A stretch of 64,000 nt of DNA from Actinomycetes bacterium (GCA_037137575.1 JBAXKB010000002.1:1833-65832), one strand, 5' to 3'. Shown: positions 51,280 to 60,817, numbered from the stretch's first letter. Notes: a model not told the origin generated them from the letters alone. Numbers and translations: made by a program.

Positions 51280-53456
51280 GGCGAGGCTGAAAAGCGGCGC
51301 AATCGAAGACTATTTGTCACAACAAACACACTAGAAAAAGCCATCGCGCCGGCTGCAAGCATTGGGTTTAAAAACCCAAACATCGCCAATGGGATTGCAG
51401 CAACGTTGTAACCAAAAGCCCAAACGAGATTTACTTTGATGGTGCGCATAGTTGCGCGGGAGAGCCGGATTGCATCTACCGCCGCTTGCATGTTTGAGCG
51501 AAGTAAAACTACATCAGCAGCACTAGCAGCCACATCAGTTCCATCACCCATCGCAATGCTCAGATGAGCGGCAGCTAACGCAGCGGCATCATTTACCCCA
51601 TCACCGACCATCGCAACACATTCTTTTGCCTCAATTGCAGCGCTAACTAATTGAAGTTTTTGTTCGGGCGTTACCTCTGCAAAGAACTTTTCGATACCGA
51701 GTGAATGCGCAACTCGCTCAACATTGGGCAGAGAGTCTCCAGAAATAATAATTGGGTTTATCTGCATTTGCTTTAATTGAGCCACCGATGACACAACATC
51801 GGTATTCACTTGATCACTGAGTCCAACGACACCAACGGCAATCGCATCTTGATAAACGACAACAACGCTAAGTTGCTCTGTGACAAAATCTTGCGCTGCA
51901 ACCAGGAGATCACCAGCAGGAAGGCCAAGCCATTGCAGCGAACCGATAGCGCAAGACTCGGCTAGTACTTCGCCCTGAACTCCGCGTCCCGTAACTGTAT
52001 GAACGTTAGTAGCTGGAGTAATTAAAATCCCAAGTTCTTCAACTTTTCGAACTAACCCCTGCGCCACTGGGTGCACCGTGTTGATTTCAAGCGCGCCAAT
52101 TATCGACCAAAATTTGGATTCAGGAATTTGTGCTGACCACTTAACAACAAGCATGTTCCCTGAAGTCAGGGTTCCGGTCTTATCTAAAAAGATGGTCTCA
52201 AGTTTTTCGCTTGCCTCAAGAGCGGCCGGACCCCGGAACAAGATGCCCAATTGCGCACCTCTGCCTGTGCCAACCAGTATCGCAGTGGGCGTAGCCAGCC
52301 CCAGTGCGCATGGGCAAGCAATTACCAAAACACTAATGCCAGCCGCAATTGATTGTGCGAAAGTATGACTCGATAACAGCCAACCGATAAAAGTTAGTCC
52401 AGCCAGCGCAAAAATTGTTGGGACAAAAATCGCTGAAACTCGATCAACAAGTTTCGTTACTTTGGCCTTGCCAGTTTGTGCCTGATGCACCAACCTCGAG
52501 ATGGCTGCCAAAACAGTATCTTGTCCAGTAGCTAATACTTCGGCAAATAACGACCCATCAACTAAAACTGTGCCACCAATAATCTTGTCACCTGCGCCAA
52601 CCGCGATTGGCCCTGATTCGCCGGTGATCAGTGCGGAATCAATAAGTCCCTGACCAGAAATAATCACTGAATCCAACGGCACTTGAGCGCCAGTGGGAAT
52701 AAAAATAGTTTCGCCAACAAGTATCTCTGCGACAGGCTTAACAACATGAAAAACACCATTAACTACTGTTGCTGATGTTGGATTCAGCGATGCCAACTGC
52801 GTTAATGCACTAGTAGATTTTTCGCGGGCTCGTAACTCCAATGTTTTACCCAGTAAAACCAAAGTTGTTACCGATGCCGCCACTTCAAAATATGTGCCAT
52901 GTGGGTCGCCTGCCAACAAAAGGTTCCAACCGGTACTCGCCATTTTCATTGAACTATCGCTTGTAGCGGCTAAATAAATTGACCAAGAGTATGAAATTAG
53001 AATTCCGATACTCACTAATGAATCCATTGTCACTGCGCGATGTCGGGCATTTATCAGCGCAGCCCGGTGAAGTGGGAATGCGGCCCAACTAACAACTGGT
53101 AGTGCCAAGAATCCGACAAAAAAGTGCCAACCAAAGAATTGCACTGTGCTGAACATCGAGATGGCCATAATTGGAATTGTTAAGGCCAAAGCAACCCAGA
53201 ATCTAATTTTGTACTCAGCCAAACCAAACAACTCGAGCGCTTGGCCACTTACAACGGCGGAGTATCCGGTTTTTTCAATTGCCTGAACTAACCGTGCATC
53301 GCTAATTTGTGCCGGCACTGTTGCAGTCGCTTCGCCCGTTGCATAATTAACAGTTGCACTGACACCTGGAATTTCGGAAAGTGCTTTTTCAACACGATTA
53401 GAACATGAGGTGCAGGTCATTCCGCCAACACCGAGTTCAACAATGCGCGTACTCAT
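51276..53456 (-). CDS. Heavy-metal (copper-type) translocating P-type ATPase
   Basis: 726 aa with an N-terminal HMA domain (GMTCTSCSNRVEKAL), a TM CPC motif (ACPCALGLATP), DKTGTLT and GDGVNDAAAL. Confidence 0.93.
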   Translation of the reverse strand: MSTRIVELGVGGMTCTSCSNRVEKALSEIPGVSATVNYATGEATATVPAQISDARLVQAIEKTGYSAVVSGQALELFGLAEYKIRFWVALALTIPIMAISMFSTVQFFGWHFFVGFLALPVVSWAAFPLHRAALINARHRAVTMDSLVSIGILISYSWSIYLAATSDSSMKMASTGWNLLLAGDPHGTYFEVAASVTTLVLLGKTLELRAREKSTSALTQLASLNPTSATVVNGVFHVVKPVAEILVGETIFIPTGAQVPLDSVIISGQGLIDSALITGESGPIAVGAGDKIIGGTVLVDGSLFAEVLATGQDTVLAAISRLVHQAQTGKAKVTKLVDRVSAIFVPTIFALAGLTFIGWLLSSHTFAQSIAAGISVLVIACPCALGLATPTAILVGTGRGAQLGILFRGPAALEASEKLETIFLDKTGTLTSGNMLVVKWSAQIPESKFWSIIGALEINTVHPVAQGLVRKVEELGILITPATNVHTVTGRGVQGEVLAESCAIGSLQWLGLPAGDLLVAAQDFVTEQLSVVVVYQDAIAVGVVGLSDQVNTDVVSSVAQLKQMQINPIIISGDSLPNVERVAHSLGIEKFFAEVTPEQKLQLVSAAIEAKECVAMVGDGVNDAAALAAAHLSIAMGDGTDVAASAADVVLLRSNMQAAVDAIRLSRATMRTIKVNLVWAFGYNVAAIPLAMFGFLNPMLAAGAMAFSSVFVVTNSLRLRRFSASP

Positions 53457-53606
53457 AGTTCAATCATCTCGCAAAATTATAGGTCAATTGAAATTACTGA
53501 GTTAAAGGCTAGAAATGGCGGAAAACTGGTCTCTTCTCGCCTGACTTGAAGTTCGAGGCACTAGCTTTCCAAGGAAGGTGAACTTGTGACTGATCTAATC
53601 AACGAC

Positions 53607-54341
53607 TTACTGGTTTGCTGCCCGATCTTGTTGGGCTACTACTTCAACCGGGCGCACAGATAGAGCAGCGCGGCGAGCCTTTTCCATAGAAAGCGCACGT
53701 GCCTCTTCTAGACGCTTATGGGCTTCTTTGATGCGCTCGGCATGTTGCTGCCTTAGGCGAGCTGCATGTTCAACCATGTCTTGACCAGTCCATGGCTTTT
53801 CGGCATCAATGGCCCGAGGTACCGCAGTTGCGCGCCCAGCTCGAACATAAGCTGGCATTGGCGGTTCGACCGGTTGCCATGTTTTTGTTTGGACAGCAGA
53901 CTCAGCTTGCACAACTGGAGCCGCTAACTCAATTGCCACAGTTGCCTGATTCGCCAATTTAGCTGGAACCGCGGCTATTGAGGTACGAACGGGTGTGTCA
54001 GGGATGGCAATGATTTTGTTGCCATTTTTAACGGCTGCGCCAACGAACGTGACCAAAAGAATTAATGGGACAAACATCCAGACCAGAGAAATAATCCCGG
54101 ATAATCCGGCCAAAACAAGGGCAACAGTGGCAGTTAGCAGAGTCATCAATGTCCGGCGCCGGCGAATAAATGCCTGTTGGCGAGGCGTCGGGGTAACCCG
54201 CTTTTGCCAATGCAATGCGGTTAGCTGACGTTTTATGCCCACTGATTTATGTAGTTGCGCTTGATCGTGCTTCTTGAGAAAAATTGGAAAGAGTACGGCT
54301 GCCCACATCACGATAACGATTAAGTAGAGCAACCCGGTCAT
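53607..54341 (-). CDS. Membrane protein, likely divisome protein SepX/GlpR homologue
   Basis: 244 aa with an N-terminal TM segment (LLYLIVIVMWAAVLFPIFL), a second TM pair and a charged cytoplasmic C-terminal domain. It occupies the position of the conserved membrane protein next to rimJ-moeA-galU in other actinobacteria. Confidence 0.55.
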   Translation of the reverse strand: MTGLLYLIVIVMWAAVLFPIFLKKHDQAQLHKSVGIKRQLTALHWQKRVTPTPRQQAFIRRRRTLMTLLTATVALVLAGLSGIISLVWMFVPLILLVTFVGAAVKNGNKIIAIPDTPVRTSIAAVPAKLANQATVAIELAAPVVQAESAVQTKTWQPVEPPMPAYVRAGRATAVPRAIDAEKPWTGQDMVEHAARLRQQHAERIKEAHKRLEEARALSMEKARRAALSVRPVEVVAQQDRAANQ

Positions 54342-54403
54342 GACTCAATACGGTACGCCGAAAAACTTAAAAACCTTGGCACATAGGTTCGTGTCGCGCA
54401 AAA

Positions 54404-54994
54404 TTAGTGTCGCTTAATTCGGGTGATCATGCTTTGCGAAACTTCATCTTGCATCAGCACATAGATATTGTGATCGCACCAATTGCCATCGATATGTAAA
54501 AATGACTTTCGAAGTCCTTCATATCTGAAACCCAATCGCTGAACGAGACGATTGCTCGGCTCGTTTTCTGGGCGGATCGCAATCTCAATACGATGGAGTT
54601 GCTTAGTGAAAAATAGGTGGTCACAAACTAAAGCTAGAGCTGTGGTCATCAGACCACGATTGGCTACTTTTTCATCAATCCAATAACCGATATGGCAAGA
54701 CCACAGCGACCCGGTCACAATGTCTGAAACATTTATCTGACCGACGAAATTCCCTTGATATTCAAGAACAAAAGGCATGGCATGACCAGTTTTAGCAGCC
54801 TGCAAAATCTTGCGAGTGCTCTGGCGAAATGTGGGAGCCGGTTCCAAATTTGGCGCAGGTGAAGTGGCGTCCCATTTGCGTAACCAATCTTGATTTCGCC
54901 TGCGAACTTCTCGCCAAGATGCGTAGTCGCGCACCTTCAAGGGCCGAAGTACTAAATCTCCATGTGCTAGCCGAACTGGCCAGCCGCTTGTCAT
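54404..54994 (-). CDS. GNAT-family N-acetyltransferase (RimJ/RimL-like)
   Basis: 196 aa with the acetyl-CoA-binding region NRGLMTTALALVCDHLF and IRPENEPSNRLVQRLGFRYEG. ATGA overlap with the upstream gene. Confidence 0.82.
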   Translation of the reverse strand: MTSGWPVRLAHGDLVLRPLKVRDYASWREVRRRNQDWLRKWDATSPAPNLEPAPTFRQSTRKILQAAKTGHAMPFVLEYQGNFVGQINVSDIVTGSLWSCHIGYWIDEKVANRGLMTTALALVCDHLFFTKQLHRIEIAIRPENEPSNRLVQRLGFRYEGLRKSFLHIDGNWCDHNIYVLMQDEVSQSMITRIKRH

Positions 54995-55914
54995 TGATTT
55001 GCCTGCGGATCAAGAAGCATCACTGCCACTGTTTGGCCGGCTTCAACTTTTTGGATTCCACTCGGAACAATGATCAAAGCATCTGCAGTGCCGAGCCCCG
55101 CTAGCGGATGTGTCTCACTGTTTTCTAAAGTGCGAACACGTGTCGTTCCAACATTAGAAGTAATTTGTGCACGGATGTAATGCGTATCGTCGGTACTACT
55201 ATCAATGGTTTCATCCAAAATTGCTTCGACGACCCGGTGGTGTAGCGAGGTCTGCCCCATCATCCTTCGGATTAGCGGGCGGACAAAAACATCAAATGAA
55301 AGTAGCGCTCCAACAGGGTTGCCCGGCAAAACAAAAACAGGTGTTTCGTCTGGCCCAATAGTGCCAAACCCCTGAGCACCGCCCGGCTGCATAGAAACTC
55401 GGACAAACTCCATTCGTCCGATACTTTGCAACACGGTAGTTAAAAGTTCATAATCATCACTAGACATCCCACAGGCAGTCAAAATAACATCTGCTCGAAC
55501 TAACTGATCTTCAAGTGCGCTGCGCAGTGTCTCTTCGTCACTGCGTAACGGGCCTACCCGAAAAGCCATCGCGCCTGCAGCAGTTGCAGCGCTGGTTAGC
55601 GCAACTCCATTAATGTCTGGGATGAGCTCATCATCCGAACCTGGATCGCTTAGATCGTTGCCAACAGTTAGTACAACAACGCGGGGCATCGGATGCACGA
55701 GTACTCGGCCAAGTCCAGCAGCAGCGAGCAGGGCAACATGTCGCGCTGCGATTTGGGTACCGCTACTTAATAGTGTGTATTGCGAATCTTCGTCTGTAAC
55801 AGTCACATCTTGGGCAAGAACCAGGCCAACACTGCCTAACAGTCCGACTTCAAGTGGTTCAATCGCGCGAACATTGGACAAGACAATATCTAAATGCTCA
55901 GGCGCTGATCGCAT
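54991..55914 (-). CDS. Truncated MoeA/gephyrin-like protein (Glp-like); lacks the domain carrying the usual MoeA catalytic motifs
   Basis: 307 aa. The MoeA N-terminus, MoCF-binding domain (VVVLTVGNDL...ADVILTACGMS...MQPGGAQGFG...VFVLPGNPVGAL) and C-terminal beta domain are present. The segment normally containing ..DGYAV.. and ..TGAP.P.. is absent. Confidence 0.7.
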   Translation of the reverse strand: MRSAPEHLDIVLSNVRAIEPLEVGLLGSVGLVLAQDVTVTDEDSQYTLLSSGTQIAARHVALLAAAGLGRVLVHPMPRVVVLTVGNDLSDPGSDDELIPDINGVALTSAATAAGAMAFRVGPLRSDEETLRSALEDQLVRADVILTACGMSSDDYELLTTVLQSIGRMEFVRVSMQPGGAQGFGTIGPDETPVFVLPGNPVGALLSFDVFVRPLIRRMMGQTSLHHRVVEAILDETIDSSTDDTHYIRAQITSNVGTTRVRTLENSETHPLAGLGTADALIIVPSGIQKVEAGQTVAVMLLDPQANQ

Positions 55915-56816
55915 TACTTATCGCCAGCCAAGTGCTGTTCAATCCAAGTGCGTAATTGTGGACCGAATTCTTCTCTGCCCAGTGCAAGTGAGATAACACT
56001 CTTTAAGTAAGAAAGTTTGTCGCCAGTGTCATATCGCTTACCACGGAAAATGACTGCGTGAATGCCTCCGCCGTCTTCGACGGGATGATTAATTAACTGC
56101 GCAAGCGCATCAGTTAATTGAATTTCGCCACCGGCGCCTTTGCCTAAGTTAGCCAAAATTGGAAAAACCTGTGGCTGCAAAATGTAACGACCGATTACTG
56201 CATAGTTACTAGGAGCGTGACCGCTTTGTGGCTTCTCAACAAGGCCAGTTACCCGCACGACATCGTCGATATTTGTTTCAACGATCTCTGCACATCCATA
56301 AAGGTGGATTTCTTCTGGCGCTACTTCCATCAGACATAGAACGCTGCCGCCAAATTGTGCTAAAACTTCGAGCATTTTCGGCAAAATTGGATTGCTGGCA
56401 TCTATCAAATCGTCGCCAAGCATTACCGCGAATGGTTCGTTACCCACATGCCCTTTGGCGACATGGACCGCGTGCCCTAGGCCTAATGGTTCGCCCTGTC
56501 TTACGTAGTGAATTGAGGCGAGGTCGGCCAAATCCGTAAGTGCCCGACTTAATTCGTTAGTTCCGCGTTCTGCAAGTTTCTGTTCCAGATGAGGCGCACG
56601 ATCAAAATGGTCTTCCAACGAAGTCTTGTTGCGCCCAGTGATAAAAAGTACATCCGCTAGCCCAGCTGCTACTGCTTCTTCAACCACATACTGAATTGCT
56701 GGCTTATCAACAACAGGAAGCATTTCTTTTGGGGTGGCTTTAGTAGCTGGCAGGAATCGAGTTCCCAAGCCCGCAACTGGCATTACTACTTTTGTAACCG
56801 AAGCACGTTTTTCCAT
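55914..56816 (-). CDS. galU: UTP--glucose-1-phosphate uridylyltransferase
   Basis: 300 aa with VMPVAGLGTRFLPATKATPKEMLPVVDKPAIQY, the canonical GalU N-terminus. Confidence 0.95.
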   Translation of the reverse strand: MEKRASVTKVVMPVAGLGTRFLPATKATPKEMLPVVDKPAIQYVVEEAVAAGLADVLFITGRNKTSLEDHFDRAPHLEQKLAERGTNELSRALTDLADLASIHYVRQGEPLGLGHAVHVAKGHVGNEPFAVMLGDDLIDASNPILPKMLEVLAQFGGSVLCLMEVAPEEIHLYGCAEIVETNIDDVVRVTGLVEKPQSGHAPSNYAVIGRYILQPQVFPILANLGKGAGGEIQLTDALAQLINHPVEDGGGIHAVIFRGKRYDTGDKLSYLKSVISLALGREEFGPQLRTWIEQHLAGDK

Positions 56817-56891
56817 ACCTTGACTTTATTCCATTGGGTGCAAATACCTAGCCACGTACCCTTTTTGGCCCGCAGAATCTAGAGTGGAAGA

Positions 56892-57461
56892 GTGAGCGCA
56901 CAGGCTAAACAAAATTTACGAGTTCAAATTCAAGGACAGCGCGCGAAAATCTCTGAACCAGAACGCTTAAGTGCTGGACTAGGCATTGCGACTCAAGACT
57001 GGGCCAACCTAATCATTGGCAAAACAGTGGCCTGCTACTCGTCGTGGGGTGCTGAACCCGGCACCGTTGAATTGCGTAAAAAACTACTTGAAATTGGCAA
57101 ACAAGTTTTTCTACCCATAATCACTCCAGGTAATCAGATGCGTTGGGGAATTGACCAGCCGCCATTTACAGAGAATAGATTTGGTATCAGCGAGCCAGAA
57201 GTTTCAAACTTTGAGTTAAGTTCAGCTGATGCGATTATTCTTCCAGCACTTTGCGCTGATGAATCCGGCACCAGGCTCGGTCGAGGTGCTGGATATTTTG
57301 ATCGCGCATTAGCGGGCATTGTGCCACTTCAAAATGGTGGCCCGATCAGAATTGCGCTACTTTTTGACGACGAGGTTGTGGAGTCTGTCCCAAGCGATGA
57401 ACATGATGAGCCAATTAATTTAATCGTTACCCCAACACAAACGATCTGGTGCAAAAAATAG
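56892..57461 (+). CDS. 5-formyltetrahydrofolate cyclo-ligase
   Basis: 189 aa with the motifs GAEPGT, LPALCADESGTRLGRGAGYFDR and EHDEPI. Confidence 0.85.
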   Translation: MSAQAKQNLRVQIQGQRAKISEPERLSAGLGIATQDWANLIIGKTVACYSSWGAEPGTVELRKKLLEIGKQVFLPIITPGNQMRWGIDQPPFTENRFGISEPEVSNFELSSADAIILPALCADESGTRLGRGAGYFDRALAGIVPLQNGGPIRIALLFDDEVVESVPSDEHDEPINLIVTPTQTIWCKK

Positions 57462-57467
57462 CGAGGG

Positions 57468-57776
57468 TTAATTACTTGCAGTAGGTGTGCTTGGACTAGC
57501 AGAAGGTGAACTGGGCGAACTTGAAGGCGTGGACTTATCTGCACTAGGAGCAACGGTCGCAGGAGAGCTTGCAACTGGAGTTGCAGAAGTCGATGCACTA
57601 CGCGAGTCAGTGCGATAGAAGCCCGATCCTTTAAAAACCACCCCGACTGAACCATAAACTTTTCGCAATTCGTGCGCTGCGCATGCTGGACACTCAACAA
57701 GCGCGTCATCAGAAAATGACTGCACGATTTCAAGTGGCGCCTCACAGGCCCCACAAACGTACTGATAAGTCGGCAT
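57468..57776 (-). CDS. FmdB-family zinc-ribbon protein with Ser/Pro/Thr-rich tail
   Basis: MPTYQYVCGACEAPLEIVQSFSDDALVECPACAAHELRKVY is the CxxC...CxxC FmdB signature. Confidence 0.85.
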   Translation of the reverse strand: MPTYQYVCGACEAPLEIVQSFSDDALVECPACAAHELRKVYGSVGVVFKGSGFYRTDSRSASTSATPVASSPATVAPSADKSTPSSSPSSPSASPSTPTASN

Positions 57777-57850
57777 AACTTCCTTTCAACTATTCATATG
57801 TTACCTGTGGATAGCGAAACGCCGTCAAATGGAATTTTCCTTATCTTAAA

Positions 57851-58444
57851 GTGATGAATCTCAATCAGGTCCGCCCATTTTTGATCGCTTACCGACGGTG
57901 GATTGCTGCTGGTTTGGTTGCATTCTCGGTTTCACTACTAATAAGTGTTGGGCAGTCTTCCCAATCCTTTCGTGTTGTAAGCACAACGCACCCCATCAAA
58001 GCTGGTGCAATCTTTAGAGCCAACGATATTCAACTAATCTCGATAAATCTCATCTGGAAAGGTGCGATCCTTGAAACAAAATCAATAATTGGCACCCGAG
58101 CATCTCGCAGTCTGGAAAAGAATGAGCCAATTAGCCAATCGGATGTCGCGACTAAGAAAATTTTTGATCCATTGAATCCACATGCCTTAGCAATTACACT
58201 TCCAAAAAATTTCAGCGCCTCAGATTTACAGGCGGGCGACCGAGTCGACGTGTACGCATGTGCGCAAACTGGCACAGTCAAGCGAGTGGCCAGAAATGCA
58301 CTGGTGTTGAGTCAGAACAATCACAGTAACTTAATGGATGGGGGTGCAACTGTGTCACTAGCAGTTGGCTCAGACCAGGTAGAAAAAATTGCCTCTTATA
58401 CCGATACGGTCCAGTTCACATTTGTCACATTGTCTGGCAGGTAA
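57851..58444 (+). CDS. SAF-domain membrane protein (second CpaB-like paralogue)
   Basis: 197 aa with an N-terminal TM segment (IAAGLVAFSVSLLISVG) and a SAF-type segment (VVSTTHPIKAGAIFRANDIQL). The start is the GTG at 57851 or the ATG at 57854. Confidence 0.6.
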   Translation: MMNLNQVRPFLIAYRRWIAAGLVAFSVSLLISVGQSSQSFRVVSTTHPIKAGAIFRANDIQLISINLIWKGAILETKSIIGTRASRSLEKNEPISQSDVATKKIFDPLNPHALAITLPKNFSASDLQAGDRVDVYACAQTGTVKRVARNALVLSQNNHSNLMDGGATVSLAVGSDQVEKIASYTDTVQFTFVTLSGR

Positions 58445-58457
58445 TTAGTTGCGCAGA

Positions 58458-58685
58458 TTAACCATGGTGGGGCGGAACATCGTCTAAAAATTCTTGATCA
58501 CGCGAACTATGCACAACTACATCGTCGCGAGTTTGTTCTGGGGTTAGCTCCAAGTCGGTCAAGAGCTTACGCAAGCGTTCCTGCGGATCTGGGCCCAAAT
58601 CAGTTTCTGTTTCAGTATTCGAGGTAGCCGTAGGTTTCTGCTCGGGCATTTCACTGTTGTCACTCACCTTCATATGGTGTAACAC
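58458..58685 (-). CDS. Small acidic hypothetical protein
   Basis: 75-aa ORF (or 71 aa from MKVSDN) with no TM segment, ending in DDVPPHHG. Coding status is supported only by ORF length and tight packing. Confidence 0.35.
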   Translation of the reverse strand: MLHHMKVSDNSEMPEQKPTATSNTETETDLGPDPQERLRKLLTDLELTPEQTRDDVVVHSSRDQEFLDDVPPHHG

Positions 58686-58715
58686 TTAATCTAAATAATC
58701 CAACCGGGAGTCACT

Positions 58716-59579
58716 GTGCATTACCTACCGCAGGACAAATGGCAACTAGCACAGGCCCAACACCACCTAGTCGTTACTGATTGGGTTAATCCACGCTTGA
58801 ATCGCAGGGCGCTGGGCCAAAAGCATCCAGTTGATGACTTTATGTTTGAGTACTACCCAATTAGTGCTAAAAAACTTAGAACTTGGCATCCTGGATTTCA
58901 ATATCGCCTTGACGCGTTTGGAGTTTCTGATGATGATTTTGCTGAGAACATTTACTCAGTTGCTGCTGAAATCTCAGTGAGCCACGAGTGGTTGTCCAGC
59001 CAACAAGATGCCGTAATTGCTCAACTGGACTTTCTAGTTGCCACCAGTAATCGACCAGCTCGCACTGGTTGCTTTGGATTGCACGAATGGGCAATGGTTT
59101 TGGGTCAAAACGAACTTAGGCATAACGACTGGGCGCTGCGAATTGAACAACAGCAAATTGCAGAAACAATCGATGAGGTTGGTTTGCGGTGCACACATTT
59201 TGATGCATTTAGGTTTTTTACCGACGAGGCAAAACCACTCAACCCGTTGCAATTGACGCGCAGCGACCAATCTAATGTTGAACAACCTGGCTGTTTGCAC
59301 GCAAACATGGACTTGTACAAAATTGCAATGCGTTGGGTACCTATATTTGGTTCCCTTTTTGCTAGGAAATGTTTTCGCCTCGCTCGCGATATCCGCACAG
59401 TTGACATGCAAAGTGCTCCATACGATTTGATCGAACTTGGCGTGCAACCTATCAAGATTGAAACTGCACAAGGACGTGCGGAATTTACGCAGAGGCAAAA
59501 AATGTTTAGTGAGCGAGCGCAAAAGTTGCGAGGGAAAATGATTCAACATTTAGAGAGTGCGATTTCAGTTACCAGATGA
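58716..59579 (+). CDS. Conserved actinobacterial protein of unclear function (family that I recall being labelled 3-methyladenine DNA glycosylase in databases)
   Basis: 287 aa. The N-terminal pattern W..P.L.RR..G.KHPV.DF.F.YY...P..LR.WHPG matches my memory of that family. No catalytic motif could be verified by eye. Confidence 0.4.
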   Translation: MHYLPQDKWQLAQAQHHLVVTDWVNPRLNRRALGQKHPVDDFMFEYYPISAKKLRTWHPGFQYRLDAFGVSDDDFAENIYSVAAEISVSHEWLSSQQDAVIAQLDFLVATSNRPARTGCFGLHEWAMVLGQNELRHNDWALRIEQQQIAETIDEVGLRCTHFDAFRFFTDEAKPLNPLQLTRSDQSNVEQPGCLHANMDLYKIAMRWVPIFGSLFARKCFRLARDIRTVDMQSAPYDLIELGVQPIKIETAQGRAEFTQRQKMFSERAQKLRGKMIQHLESAISVTR

Positions 59580-59623
59580 GTCCTAGAAGCGCTGTTTTCG
59601 GCTAATTCGGTAGACTTCAAAAC

Positions 59624-60811
59624 ATGAGTGAACCAACAAATCTGCCAGAGAATCGGCGCGGTCGCCGTTCGTCCAGCCCAGTAATAACTCCAACTGCTCC
59701 GCTAACCCAGAAAGCTGGAAACGTACTTTCCCGTCGAGATCGTCGATTAATCGTTATCACAGTAGGTTCAACGATTGCAGCCGGCATTTTTCATAGCTCG
59801 GGCGGCAATCAGATCATTTCATTTGTTGTTACTGCTTTCGCGCTAGCCGTAATGGCTAGCCTTGTTGGTCGCAGCGTGGAAGCGCTTGGAGATCGACTCG
59901 GACCCGGGCCAACTGGCCTCTTGCAATCATTTTTGGGAAATGTCCCAGAACTTTTCGTTGTGTTATTTAGTTTGAAAGCAGGCCTTTACACAGTTGCAAA
60001 AGCAACCATTGTTGGATCAATACTGGCAAATGTGTTGCTTATTCTCGGCGCAGCATTTATTGTCGGCGGCCTAAAAAATGGACGTCAGTACTTTAACCAA
60101 GTTGCAAGTCGCCAGTTAGCTGTCCTACTTGCGCTCAGTGTTTTTGCGCTGGCGATTCCTACTCTAACTTTTGCGCTTGATACTCCCGCCGCAACACATG
60201 AGCGCGGAATCACAATTGGCGTGTCAATACTTCTACTGCTTCTGTTTGCGAGCTCCTTGCCTGATACATTGCGCAAAGATAATCCAGACAATGTGGTATC
60301 TGGCTCCGACGCGGCTTTAGCTGCCAAGAGCGATGCTCATATTCACGGCGATTGGCCACTTGGCTTGGCGATTGGGATGTTGGCTCTTACTGGTGTTGGC
60401 GCGGCATTTGTCTCAGAATGGTTTGTCTCAGCACTTAGCCCAGCAATAACTGCGCTACACATAAGTGAAGCTTTTGCTGGCTTAATTATTGTCGCCATCG
60501 CCGGCAACGCTGTTGAAAACGTGGTTGGAATTAAGCTAGCTGCTCGTGGACAGGCCGATTACGCCTTGCAGATTATTTTGCAGTCGCCTGTTCAGGTAGC
60601 AATGACTATCGCCCCAATCGTGGCACTTGCAGCGCCACTAGTTGGAGCCGGTACTTTCACACTAGTTCTAAGTCCCCTGCTGCTCGCTGTGTTATTCATG
60701 GCAACACTAACCACGATAATTATCGTGGTTGATGGAGATTACACCTGGTTTGAAGGCGTCGCCCTTATTGCTCTGTATTTAGCAATCGCACTTGCATTCT
60801 GGTGGGGTTAA
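59624..60811 (+). CDS. Calcium/proton exchanger (CaCA/CAX family)
   Basis: 395 aa with about 11 TM helices and two alpha-repeat signatures, GNVPELFV and GNAVENVV. Confidence 0.8.
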   Translation: MSEPTNLPENRRGRRSSSPVITPTAPLTQKAGNVLSRRDRRLIVITVGSTIAAGIFHSSGGNQIISFVVTAFALAVMASLVGRSVEALGDRLGPGPTGLLQSFLGNVPELFVVLFSLKAGLYTVAKATIVGSILANVLLILGAAFIVGGLKNGRQYFNQVASRQLAVLLALSVFALAIPTLTFALDTPAATHERGITIGVSILLLLLFASSLPDTLRKDNPDNVVSGSDAALAAKSDAHIHGDWPLGLAIGMLALTGVGAAFVSEWFVSALSPAITALHISEAFAGLIIVAIAGNAVENVVGIKLAARGQADYALQIILQSPVQVAMTIAPIVALAAPLVGAGTFTLVLSPLLLAVLFMATLTTIIIVVDGDYTWFEGVALIALYLAIALAFWWG

Positions 60812-60817
60812 TCAAGG

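Noticed and set aside
51276-53606. Copper P-type ATPase as part of a metal-resistance island
   Set aside because: It is a single gene with no adjacent CopZ, CsoR/CopY or mobility genes, and the 150-nt upstream region has no obvious operator palindrome. It is an ordinary stand-alone transporter.
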